From contig JBGAIQ010000012.1 of assembly GCA_044225365.1 (NCBI GenBank), positions 64,001 to 128,000 of the forward strand: a stretch of DNA of 64,000 nucleotides, written 5' to 3'. The position numbers and the translations under genes were made by a program. This DNA is from Planctomycetota bacterium (GTDB lineage: Bacteria; Planctomycetota; B15-G4; JADJEK01). The notes beneath the pieces are model-generated. The model was not told where the DNA came from. It made no database searches and worked only from the letters and a program-made list of their open reading frames with translations. Positions within the stretch are counted from its first letter, which is position 1, and the number at the start of each line of letters is the position of its first letter. Of the stretch, positions 9,741 through 18,358 are shown in pieces.

Positions 9741-9968
9741 GTGTCCAACGAAACCACGACCCGTCCGGTGTCTTCCCTCAACCGCTTCAAGAACGCGATG
9801 CGCGAGCTGCATGCGGACGAATCGGGACCGAACACGGTCGAGTGGATCCTCCTGATCATCATCGCGCTCGTTCTCGTCGTCGCGATCTTCGTGTTCGCGA
9901 ACTTCGTGATCGACAAGTTCAAGCAGAAGGAAAACCAGGTCACTTCGGACGCCTTCTTGACCAAGTGA
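9741..9968 (+). CDS. flp: Flp family pilin 2 (probable major pilin)
   Basis: AGGAG RBS then GTG 9741. LHADESG|PNTVEWILLIIIALVLVVAIFVF, 75 aa. Confidence 0.8.
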   Translation: MSNETTTRPVSSLNRFKNAMRELHADESGPNTVEWILLIIIALVLVVAIFVFANFVIDKFKQKENQVTSDAFLTK

Positions 9969-10036
9969 CGTGAACGCCAGCGAGATCTCCGCGTGGACGG
10001 GAGCCATCCCGCCGCGGAGGCTCGTGGAGTCTCGCG

Positions 10037-10828
10037 ATGGATTCCGACACGCTTCCTCCAGCCACGACGGTCGCTACGCCCTCGGGCGAGGCGGACGCCG
10101 TGGTGAATCCGCCGAGTTCGACGGCGGAATCTCCGACGGGGAGTCCGGCGGTTGCGATCGACGCACGCGTCGCCTGGATCGCGGGACTCTGCCTCACGGC
10201 GGTGGTCGCATCGTCGCGTCAGATCCTCGCGAAGACGCCGGATCATGGGTACTTCGCAGACTCCATCGCGTGGGTCGTCCTCGGCACGGCGGCCGCGCTC
10301 GACATCGCGTTCCGCCGCATTCCGAACGTTCTCACCTATCCCGCGATCTTGCTGGGACTGCTCATCAACGTCGTGATGCCGGCCATCACCGCGGTGATCG
10401 GACCGAACGTCGTCCAATCGTGGCTCGGCGGCAGCGATACGCCGCGCGACGGACTTCTCGGCTTCGGCTCGTGCGCGATCTTCGGGCTCGTGAGCTTCAT
10501 GTTGCGCGGGGTCGGAGGCGGCGACGCCAAGACGCTCGGCGCGTTCGGCGCATTGCTTGGTTTCTCGCGAGCTTGGCCCGCCCTCTTCAACTGCCTGCTC
10601 GTCGGCGCCGTGATCAGCATCGTCAATCTCGCGGTGCGCGGCGAGTTCATCCGCAAGCTGCAAGCGCTGTTCTGTTCCATGTTCACCGCCGTGATCCTGT
10701 CGCGGCGTCCCGATCACGTTCAGGTGTTCGCGAATCGCGAAGCGCCGTTCGTGCTCTCGCTGTTCCTGGGTTTCGCGCTATCGCGATGGGTGGAACTCCA
10801 CCGCTTCGTGTTCGGATTCATCGGGTGA
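10037..10828 (+). CDS. cpaA: A24 family prepilin peptidase (CpaA/TadV)
   Basis: D..FRRIPN and GVGGGDAK catalytic aspartate motifs, C-terminal PF motif, multi-TM, immediately after the pilins. Confidence 0.9.
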   Translation: MDSDTLPPATTVATPSGEADAVVNPPSSTAESPTGSPAVAIDARVAWIAGLCLTAVVASSRQILAKTPDHGYFADSIAWVVLGTAAALDIAFRRIPNVLTYPAILLGLLINVVMPAITAVIGPNVVQSWLGGSDTPRDGLLGFGSCAIFGLVSFMLRGVGGGDAKTLGAFGALLGFSRAWPALFNCLLVGAVISIVNLAVRGEFIRKLQALFCSMFTAVILSRRPDHVQVFANREAPFVLSLFLGFALSRWVELHRFVFGFIG

Positions 10829-10831
10829 CGC

Positions 10832-11752
10832 ATGCGCTCTCGTTTTGACCGCCTGCTGCGCGTGGCTCCTGCGACCGTCGCTCTCTTGACGGTCGGAGTC
10901 GTCGCCACGATGCTCGCCTCGCGACCCGATCGACTCGCGCAGTCGTTCGGTCTCGACTTCGCCGAAGAAAGCGCGCGACTCGTCATCGGTTGCATGGTCG
11001 TCGCCTCCGTGGCGTTCCTCGCGGCGGCGTACAAGCTGCTGCGAACCCTTCTCGCGTCGGGGAAGAGCTTCGTCGAATGGCGCAAGCGCAACGAACCGCA
11101 GAAGGGTTTTGCCGAGGCCGGCGTGGTGATGATCGAGTTCACGCTCCTGGCGCCCACGGTCTGGCTCATCATGGCGATCGTGGTGCAGCTCGCGCTCATC
11201 GCCGAAGCCACGCTCGTCGTCCGCTATGCCGCTTACACCGCAGTGCGCGCGGCGATCGTCCGCACCGAGCGGAACGCGATCGGGCAGGAGGATCTCGGAG
11301 TGAGTCCCGGCAAGGTAGAGGAGTCCGCAAAGCTCGTGCTCTGCTCCCTCTCACCCAAGATCCCCAACACCGACAACGACTCCGCGCACGCGATGCTCAA
11401 CATCTTCGCCGCGCAGAACGGCGTGTGGGGCGACAAGAATTTCCATCGGCGATATCAGTACGCGGATGACTCGACGACCGTGAAGACCACGCTCGACGAT
11501 CCGCCGATCGAGATGCCTTTCGTCGGGGACACGGGCCTTCCGAACCTGTTCGCGCCGAAGCTCGTCGAATGCGAGGTCACGTACCTGTACGCGACGCAGA
11601 TCCCCGGCGTCACGCTCCTCCCTGGCATCCTTCAGGTTTCGGACGGCTACAAGGCATTCAAGATCATCCAGCGCGTGCGAATGCAGAGCACGGGTGCGCG
11701 TCAATCCAATCCCATCGGCGTCGCCGGCACGATGAATACGATCTTCCCATGA
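10832..11752 (+). CDS. TadE-like minor pilin with N-terminal membrane extension
   Basis: AG|VVMIEFTLLAP...YAAYTAVRAA TadE motif beginning at residue 97. Confidence 0.8.
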   Translation: MRSRFDRLLRVAPATVALLTVGVVATMLASRPDRLAQSFGLDFAEESARLVIGCMVVASVAFLAAAYKLLRTLLASGKSFVEWRKRNEPQKGFAEAGVVMIEFTLLAPTVWLIMAIVVQLALIAEATLVVRYAAYTAVRAAIVRTERNAIGQEDLGVSPGKVEESAKLVLCSLSPKIPNTDNDSAHAMLNIFAAQNGVWGDKNFHRRYQYADDSTTVKTTLDDPPIEMPFVGDTGLPNLFAPKLVECEVTYLYATQIPGVTLLPGILQVSDGYKAFKIIQRVRMQSTGARQSNPIGVAGTMNTIFP

Positions 11753-13101
11753 AGCTACTCACGAATCGCGAACGCAATCTCGTGACCGATCTGAAGCCGC
11801 ATGCGCCGAGCGCGGTGGATGTCTTCGCGCGACTTCACAGCGAGGAGAACTCGGGGTCGGATGTGCCCGCGCGAGTCACGGGCTTCGCAGCACGCTTGCA
11901 CGGCGATCGCCGCGGCGCGATCACGGTGCTCTTCATCTTGCTCGCATTCGTCTTCTTCATGGGTCTCGCCGGCGTTTGGAACATCGGGCAGGCGACGAAG
12001 TCGCGCATGCGCACGCAGGTCGCGGCGGACACCTCCGCCTATGGTGCCGCGACCTGGATGAGCCGCGGCATGAATCAGATCACCGCCGCGAACATCCTGA
12101 TCCAGCGCAACGCGAGCGCGTTCGCGATCGCGTTCGACTGCATTCCGATGGGCATCGTCTGGCTCATCTTGGTGATCAAGAATTGGGCCGAGGCCGTCGA
12201 GGACGCGTGCGGTGCGTGTCTCATCGCATGCGCCGCCTGCGGCGCTGCCGTCGCCGCCTATATTGCAGCGGTCGAAGTCCCGGTTGTCGCGAACTACATC
12301 GCCCAAGCTTGGCCGGTCGCGGCTTCGAACCTGACGACATTCTGGAGTCGCGTCGAGACACTGAAGGAATTCCAGGACAAGTGGGTCCAGGAGATACCGA
12401 ACGTCATCGAAGCGCAGCGCGGCAAATTCGCGGATCATTACGGCGTCACGCTCCGCTACACGCAACCGGGCGCGAGCGATGGCAAGGTCCGTCTTCCGGT
12501 CGAAGAGGGCAATTTCCTGACGGCGCTTCCGACGTTCACCTACCGGTTCTTCTCCGACGACGACAACATCCCCGATCACTACGATTTCGATATCGTTCAG
12601 CTCGGCAAGGCGGAGGACGAGTGGAAGAAGCTCGAAGTGGTGGGGTACGTCTTGGGACTCATGTTGAACGGCATGAATCACTACACATTGTCCACCCAGA
12701 CGGGGCCGTTCGAGCAGGCGCCCTCGTCGCTCGAGGACTGGGAGAAGTTCTCGCTCGTCGCGACCGCTCTGTCCGAGAACATCAGCGACAAGACGCGCAT
12801 CGCGCCCGGCATCTTCACCCACGCGTTCGCACCGGACGACGTCAACATCGCCTACGCCCAGGCGGAGACCTACAACGGTCCTTCCGAAGCGCTTGCCAAG
12901 ATTCCCGGGCTCGGCGCCATCACGAATCTGATGCCGTTCCGGGTCTGGACGTTCTTCGGCTTCGAATGGCAGCCGCGTCTCACGGTCGGCGACCAGGTGA
13001 AGTCGGCGCTCGAGAACGACAGCAACATGGCGAACATCTGGGGAAGGATCCACTTCGACAACGGACAGTTCGACGACGCTCCCAAGATGGCGAACCACTG
13101 A
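11749..13101 (+). CDS. TadG-like minor pilin / tip protein
   Basis: RRG|AITVLFILL hydrophobic helix followed by QVAADTSAYGAA (Tad N-terminal motif). ATG 11749 overlaps the previous stop. Confidence 0.8.
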   Translation: MKLLTNRERNLVTDLKPHAPSAVDVFARLHSEENSGSDVPARVTGFAARLHGDRRGAITVLFILLAFVFFMGLAGVWNIGQATKSRMRTQVAADTSAYGAATWMSRGMNQITAANILIQRNASAFAIAFDCIPMGIVWLILVIKNWAEAVEDACGACLIACAACGAAVAAYIAAVEVPVVANYIAQAWPVAASNLTTFWSRVETLKEFQDKWVQEIPNVIEAQRGKFADHYGVTLRYTQPGASDGKVRLPVEEGNFLTALPTFTYRFFSDDDNIPDHYDFDIVQLGKAEDEWKKLEVVGYVLGLMLNGMNHYTLSTQTGPFEQAPSSLEDWEKFSLVATALSENISDKTRIAPGIFTHAFAPDDVNIAYAQAETYNGPSEALAKIPGLGAITNLMPFRVWTFFGFEWQPRLTVGDQVKSALENDSNMANIWGRIHFDNGQFDDAPKMANH

Positions 13102-13102
13102 T

Positions 13103-13711
13103 ATGAGCAATCATCGTTCAGCGCGGCGTCGCAGCGCACGGTCCGAACGCGGCACCGTCGCGGCCGAGTCGAGCCTGGTCCTGATCGTCCTCCTCTTCTT
13201 CCTCCTGATGTCTCCTGCGATCTGGAAGATGTGGTGGAACGAGCACATCGCGCGCGCCGAGGCGGAACGCGACACGTTCCGGCTGACCTCGACTCCCGCC
13301 GACATCAGCTCCGCGACGAATTTCCAGCCCGAACTCGATTTCGCGACGCAGGGCGACTTGATCGGCCTTGGCTTGTGGGAATTGCACAAGCCGGAAACCG
13401 CCGATATCCCGAACATCTCCGACATCAGCTCCGGCAACGAGCTCAAGGACTTCCCGAACAAGGTCGTGATTGGGCGAGCGACGCGACACGTCCAGTACAG
13501 CTCTGGCTGGAGTCAGTATCGCGGCGAGTTCGACATCTTCCGCTACTCGTACACCCTGCGCCCGAGCTGGAATTGGCAGGGGTACCCGCTCTTCCACACG
13601 CAGGACATGTCGGAGCGCGGCAAGATCAAGGACTGGATGGAAACGGCGTATCGCGACACGCTCACCAGCACGGTGACCGACAAGCTCGCGCTCAAGACCG
13701 ATCCGTTCTGA
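13103..13711 (+). CDS. TadE/F-like minor pilin
   Basis: SERG|TVAAESSLVLIVLLFFLLM prepilin-like N-terminus, last gene of the pilin run. Confidence 0.65.
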   Translation: MSNHRSARRRSARSERGTVAAESSLVLIVLLFFLLMSPAIWKMWWNEHIARAEAERDTFRLTSTPADISSATNFQPELDFATQGDLIGLGLWELHKPETADIPNISDISSGNELKDFPNKVVIGRATRHVQYSSGWSQYRGEFDIFRYSYTLRPSWNWQGYPLFHTQDMSERGKIKDWMETAYRDTLTSTVTDKLALKTDPF

Positions 13712-13720
13712 TCGAACGAG

Positions 13721-15190
13721 TCACTTCGTTTCCGCTTTCGCGAGGCGCTTGCGCAAATCCGCGAGGTCCGCGTCCACCGCGAGATAGCGCGTGAGCTTCT
13801 TATGCGCGTCCGCATCCGCAAGCACTTGCTTCGAACGAGCCCATTCCGTGTCGCCGTCGGCGGCGTCACCGAGCATGCTGTGCCACGGTTGGAATCGTCC
13901 GTGGTAGTACGCCATGAGGCACATCTCCGCGGCGACGAAGAGCGCGAGCACCTTGGCGAAGTTCTCGCGCGACGAGCGAACCGCGTGGATGGCGACGGCG
14001 AGGAGCAGCAATGCCCCGGGAACGAGCAGAACGGCCGCATCGATCGCGTTGTCGTAGTCGAACACGTACGCGAACCCGGCCATGACGGCGACGCCGACGC
14101 AACCCGCGATTCCGAGGACGCTCGTTCCGATGTTCACGATCTTCATGAAGCGCGGCTCGAGCGTGAGTTCGCGTAGGGCGTGCGCCGCGGCGATCGCGAA
14201 GAGGGGCACGAGCGGGAGCAGGTAGTGCTTCTGCTTCTGCGGCAGGATGGAGAAGACGACGAACTCGGCGATGAGACCGAGGGCGACGAACTGCATCGAG
14301 CGATCCGTCTTCTCCAGCGCGCTCTTCTTCCAGCGAACGATCATGAGCGGTAGGACGAGCGCGACCGGGAAGATGACGGAGAAGATCTTGCTGATGTAGT
14401 ACCAGGGTGGGCCACGATGCGTCGCGTCACCCTTCAGGGCCTCGACCTTGACGCCGAACGGCATGAGGAGCTGGCCGAAGAGTTGGCCCGGTGCTCCGTC
14501 GACCTTGGCGAGGATCACGCCGTACCAGGCAAATCCGGCAACGAGTGCGGCGAGCAGAACGATCACGAATTCGCGCGAGGCGAGTTTCTTGCCCTGCTTG
14601 TTGCGCAGAAGGAGGACCGCAATCGGGAGGATGACGGTGACGAATGCAACCGTCGCTTTCGACAACAGCGCGAGTGCGAATGCGCCGCCGAAGGCGTAGA
14701 GCCAGGAGCGCTTTCCCGTACTGTCGAACCGCTCGAAGCAGGCGAGCGCGGCCGTGCTCGTCATCGTGAGCCACATCTCGGCGTCACCGCGCCGGCCTGA
14801 GATCCCGAACTGGAAGGAGAGCACGAGCAGCGCGGAAGCGAGCAATGCGAACCGCGGCCCCTTCATCGCCTGCGTCCAGGAGAAGACGATCGCGAGCAGG
14901 AGGAGAGCCGCGACGAACGACGGGATGCGCGTGGAGAAGAGCGTGGTTTCGCCGAGAACGTTCGCCGTGGCGGATGCGAGCCAGTAGTACAGCGGCGGTT
15001 TCTGCAGCCGCGGCGAACCTTCGAACATCGGCACGAGATAGTCGTGCGACGCGACCATCGTCTTGGCGACTTCGTGGCAACGCCGTTCGCTCGTCCGGTC
15101 GACGGGCTCGACTCCGAGTCGATATCCGAGCATCAGCACGGCGAACAGGAAGAGCAGCACGACGGGCCGCGTGGAAGCCGTTGCATTCAT
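13721..15190 (-). CDS. ArnT/PMT (GT39/GT83-like) membrane glycosyltransferase
   Basis: E..C.EVAKTMV...P.FEGSPRLQKPPLYYW, TRIPS, LLSK, H..PPWYY and KQKHYLLP motifs. Start re-assigned to ATG 15190. Confidence 0.88.
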   Translation of the reverse strand: MNATASTRPVVLLFLFAVLMLGYRLGVEPVDRTSERRCHEVAKTMVASHDYLVPMFEGSPRLQKPPLYYWLASATANVLGETTLFSTRIPSFVAALLLLAIVFSWTQAMKGPRFALLASALLVLSFQFGISGRRGDAEMWLTMTSTAALACFERFDSTGKRSWLYAFGGAFALALLSKATVAFVTVILPIAVLLLRNKQGKKLASREFVIVLLAALVAGFAWYGVILAKVDGAPGQLFGQLLMPFGVKVEALKGDATHRGPPWYYISKIFSVIFPVALVLPLMIVRWKKSALEKTDRSMQFVALGLIAEFVVFSILPQKQKHYLLPLVPLFAIAAAHALRELTLEPRFMKIVNIGTSVLGIAGCVGVAVMAGFAYVFDYDNAIDAAVLLVPGALLLLAVAIHAVRSSRENFAKVLALFVAAEMCLMAYYHGRFQPWHSMLGDAADGDTEWARSKQVLADADAHKKLTRYLAVDADLADLRKRLAKAETK

Positions 15191-15292
15191 GGGCGAACAT
15201 CGTAGGGGCGCACGGCAGTGCGCCCGATATGGGATCACACAAAACGTCGTGCGTCCGCAGAACGGCCATCGAACGGCAACGCCGGACATGCA

Positions 15293-15332
15293 ACGGAAAA
15301 CGGCGGGCCCGCGCCGCCGCGTGAGCCCGCCG
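15293..15332 (-). terminator. Probable intrinsic terminator of the cpaB-to-kinase operon
   Basis: Minus strand reads CGGCGGGCTCACGC-GGCG-GCGCGGGCCCGCCG then TTTTCCGT, about 55 nt after the kinase stop. Confidence 0.6.
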
Positions 15333-15385
15333 ATTCGCGATGGGGTGCCGTCCAGTCGATGCCGGCGACTGGGAGCGCCCGATCT

Positions 15386-18355
15386 CTAGAGTGATTGTAG
15401 GTGAATCATGTCACGGTCAAGGACGAAGGGACGCGACAGGACGAACACCTGGTCCTTCGTGAACTTGTCCGACTTCTTGAACTGAACGTACATCGACGTG
15501 TCGCCATAGGTCAGGTGCGCATGGACGCGAACGTCCTCGGCGCCCTGCTTCTGCAGCAGTTCCTCGAGGCGATGGCAGACGGCCCAGGCGTCGACACGGA
15601 CTTCCATCTGGAGGCGCGGCTTCGCCGGTTCGAGTCGCGCGAGGAGTCGGTTGTACTCCTCTTCGCTGAACACGGGACCCGTGAGCCGGATCTTCGTGAG
15701 GTGTGGGACGAGCTCGACCTTCAAGCATCCGTTCGGAACGTTGATCTCGAGGAACGCCTTGAACTGCTCCGCCGTGAGGCCGAGCAGCGTTCCACGGTCG
15801 ATCAGGTCGAGGCCGGGATCACCCGTCATCATTCGCGCTGCGGCCATCGCGAGCTTGCCGGAGTCGCCGCCCGCGCTCTCGATCGCCGACAGCGTCGCGA
15901 GTTCGCGATGGATGTCGGGCAGTCGCAGCTTGGCGTCGGCGTTGCCGATCGCGGCGAGCTCGATCGTCTGCTGCAGCTCGGCGAGCAGCTCCTTGCGACG
16001 CTTCGGGATCGCGCCGGAGGATTGGTCGGCCTTCTCCAGTGCGTTGAGATCGACCGAGATCGCGCGCATTCGCGTGTACGCGGTGTTGTCGCCGCCCATC
16101 GCGCGTTGGATGACCTCACCCAGTTCGCGGATCAGGTCCTCGCGTTTCTGGAACATCGAAACGAGCGGCTTGCCCGTGCGCTTCGCGTCCTCCGCTTCGG
16201 CGATCTGGTTCATCTCGGCGCGAATCTCGCGCAGGCGTTGGATCGCCGCGGGATCTCCCGCAGCCGCACGATCGGCGAGCGCGGCCATCTCGCGGACGAG
16301 AGCCGAGCGCCGGTCGTTGCCGCCGCCCGCCTTCATGTCCTCGGCCTCGAGCGAGGCGAGCTCGGTCTGAACTTCCTTCAACCGCTTGATCGCGTCGGGA
16401 TCGCCCTTCGCGGCCTTGTCGAGGAGGTCGTTCATCTCGTTGAGGAGCGCCGCACGCTTCGCTTCGCGGGCTGCGATCGCGTTCGGATCGCCCTGCCCCG
16501 AACCGCCGCCCTTCTCGACGCTCTTGTTGGCGAGCTTGCGCAGCTCCTCGTTGATCTCCTTCACGCGCTTCGCGGCGTTCTTGTCGCCCTGCGCCGCGAG
16601 CTTCATCTGCTCGTCGAGCTCCTGCTGGAGAGCGACGCGCTTCGCCGCGTCGGCGTCGCCCGTCATCGGCTCGAGCTGAGCGAGCTCTTTTCGGATCTGC
16701 TCGAGGCGCTTGATCGCGGCCTGGTCGCCGTTCGCCGCCTTCTCGACGAGCGCGTCCATCTCGGAGAGCAGCTTCTCGCGCTTGTCGGCGATGCGCTGCT
16801 CGGAGAGGGCCGCGACGACGATCGTCACCGCGCGTTCGGGATCGTCACCCGTTTGCTCGGTGTAGTCGACCGTCTTGTAGCGCGGGTGCTCCATCTGGAT
16901 GCGGAACTGGCCGTGAGCGATCTGCACCTGGCCGTTGCCGTTCTGATCGAGCGGCACCGGGATGGCGTCGTTCGGTTTGCCGTTCTCACGGATCGTCACG
17001 TCCCACGCCGGCACGGGCGGCACGGTCGAGAACTTGACGAGCACCGTCTTCGGCGCCGCGCGCGAGATGTTGAACAGCTTGTCGGCGAGCACCGTCGTGC
17101 CCTCGACGACGACGACCTTCGCGGGGGCATCGCCCACCGCGCCCACCGGGATCGTGCCGGTGAACTGCCCGGAGTCGTCGACCTGCAGCGGATCGCCGTT
17201 CTCGGAGTTGCCTTTGTGCTTCACCTTCAGAACGGCGTGTTCCGGTTTGTCCTTCACGGTGCCGCGGATCACCACCTCGGGGCGATCCGTCGTGAAGGTT
17301 TCCTTCTCGACCGTGACCACGGGTTTTACCGAGACCGACCGCCACCAGATGAAACCGAGCGTTCCGACCGCGGCGATCACCCACAGCAGGATCGAGAGGA
17401 GGACGAGCACGTTCGCCTTCGCGGGCGGCGCATCCATCTCCTCGAGTTCGCCGGGCGTGCGCCCGCTTCCGCGCATCACGAACCCGCCGATCGCGCCGAG
17501 TCCTTCCTCGGCCGAAGCGAGGCGTTCGCGCAGCGGCTTCGCGAGCATCTTCGCAATGAGGTTCGAGAGGTCCTCGGGGAAGTCCGCGATGACGTCCTTG
17601 ATCTTCGGCAGCGTCATCTGCGCCGAGGCATGCCAGTACATCCACTTCGGCTTCTCGTCCATCGACGTCGTTTCCGCGGCCGCCTTGGTCGCGTACGGGT
17701 CGTAGATCGACGGGAACTGCTTGCGGTAGAGGGTGCGCCCGAGCGCGTACTCGTAGGCCGCCATGCCCAGCGAGTAGAGGTCCATCTTCGGCGACTCTTG
17801 GCCGAGCGACGAATCGAGCAGCTCGGGGGCCGCGTACTGGACCGTCGAGAAATTCATCGTGTCTTCGACGCCCTGGCGCTTCGCGAGACCGAAGTCCGTG
17901 ATCTGCCAGTGACCGTGACGCGACCGCACGATGTTGTTCGGCTTGATGTCGCGATGCAGGATCTGCGGATCGGCGTGATGCACCACGGACAACGCTTTCA
18001 GCGTGTCGTGCAGCATCTCGCGCACGTCCTCGGGGCTCGCCGGCTGATCGGAGATCCAGTGCTTCAGGTTCTTGCCCGAGAGCTCCATCCCGATCCACGG
18101 ACCGACTTCGTCGTCGATGCCGAAGCCGAAGACCTCGACGATGTACGGGCTCGACCCGACGGCGAGCAGGAGTTCGACCTCCTTGCGCAGGACGTCGAGC
18201 TGCTCTTCGGAATCGGCCTTCCAGTTCTGCAGGATCTTCACGGCGGCGGGACGCGTGATCCCGTGGCCCATGTGCTGGATGGCCTTCCAGACGACGGTGT
18301 ATCCGCCCGGATCGATCTGTTCGGTCAGTTCGAAGTCACCGAGTCGTGTCTTCAT
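15386..18355 (-). CDS. Transmembrane Hanks-type Ser/Thr protein kinase with large extracytoplasmic region
   Basis: AAVKIL, HRDIKPNN, DFGLAK, YAAPE and DLYSLG motifs, then TM VLVLLSILLWVIAAVGTLGFIWW, then beta-rich Ig-like segments, six helical repeats and a C-terminal alpha/beta domain. Confidence 0.92.
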   Translation of the reverse strand: MKTRLGDFELTEQIDPGGYTVVWKAIQHMGHGITRPAAVKILQNWKADSEEQLDVLRKEVELLLAVGSSPYIVEVFGFGIDDEVGPWIGMELSGKNLKHWISDQPASPEDVREMLHDTLKALSVVHHADPQILHRDIKPNNIVRSRHGHWQITDFGLAKRQGVEDTMNFSTVQYAAPELLDSSLGQESPKMDLYSLGMAAYEYALGRTLYRKQFPSIYDPYATKAAAETTSMDEKPKWMYWHASAQMTLPKIKDVIADFPEDLSNLIAKMLAKPLRERLASAEEGLGAIGGFVMRGSGRTPGELEEMDAPPAKANVLVLLSILLWVIAAVGTLGFIWWRSVSVKPVVTVEKETFTTDRPEVVIRGTVKDKPEHAVLKVKHKGNSENGDPLQVDDSGQFTGTIPVGAVGDAPAKVVVVEGTTVLADKLFNISRAAPKTVLVKFSTVPPVPAWDVTIRENGKPNDAIPVPLDQNGNGQVQIAHGQFRIQMEHPRYKTVDYTEQTGDDPERAVTIVVAALSEQRIADKREKLLSEMDALVEKAANGDQAAIKRLEQIRKELAQLEPMTGDADAAKRVALQQELDEQMKLAAQGDKNAAKRVKEINEELRKLANKSVEKGGGSGQGDPNAIAAREAKRAALLNEMNDLLDKAAKGDPDAIKRLKEVQTELASLEAEDMKAGGGNDRRSALVREMAALADRAAAGDPAAIQRLREIRAEMNQIAEAEDAKRTGKPLVSMFQKREDLIRELGEVIQRAMGGDNTAYTRMRAISVDLNALEKADQSSGAIPKRRKELLAELQQTIELAAIGNADAKLRLPDIHRELATLSAIESAGGDSGKLAMAAARMMTGDPGLDLIDRGTLLGLTAEQFKAFLEINVPNGCLKVELVPHLTKIRLTGPVFSEEEYNRLLARLEPAKPRLQMEVRVDAWAVCHRLEELLQKQGAEDVRVHAHLTYGDTSMYVQFKKSDKFTKDQVFVLSRPFVLDRDMIHLQSL
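15887..16783 (-). repeat. Six ~38-aa helical-hairpin protein repeats inside the kinase
   Basis: Consensus (K/R)RxxLxxE(M/L)xxxxxxAAxGDxxAxxR(L/V/M)xx(I/V)xx(E/D)L, read six times. Confidence 0.85.
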
Positions 18356-18358
18356 CGC

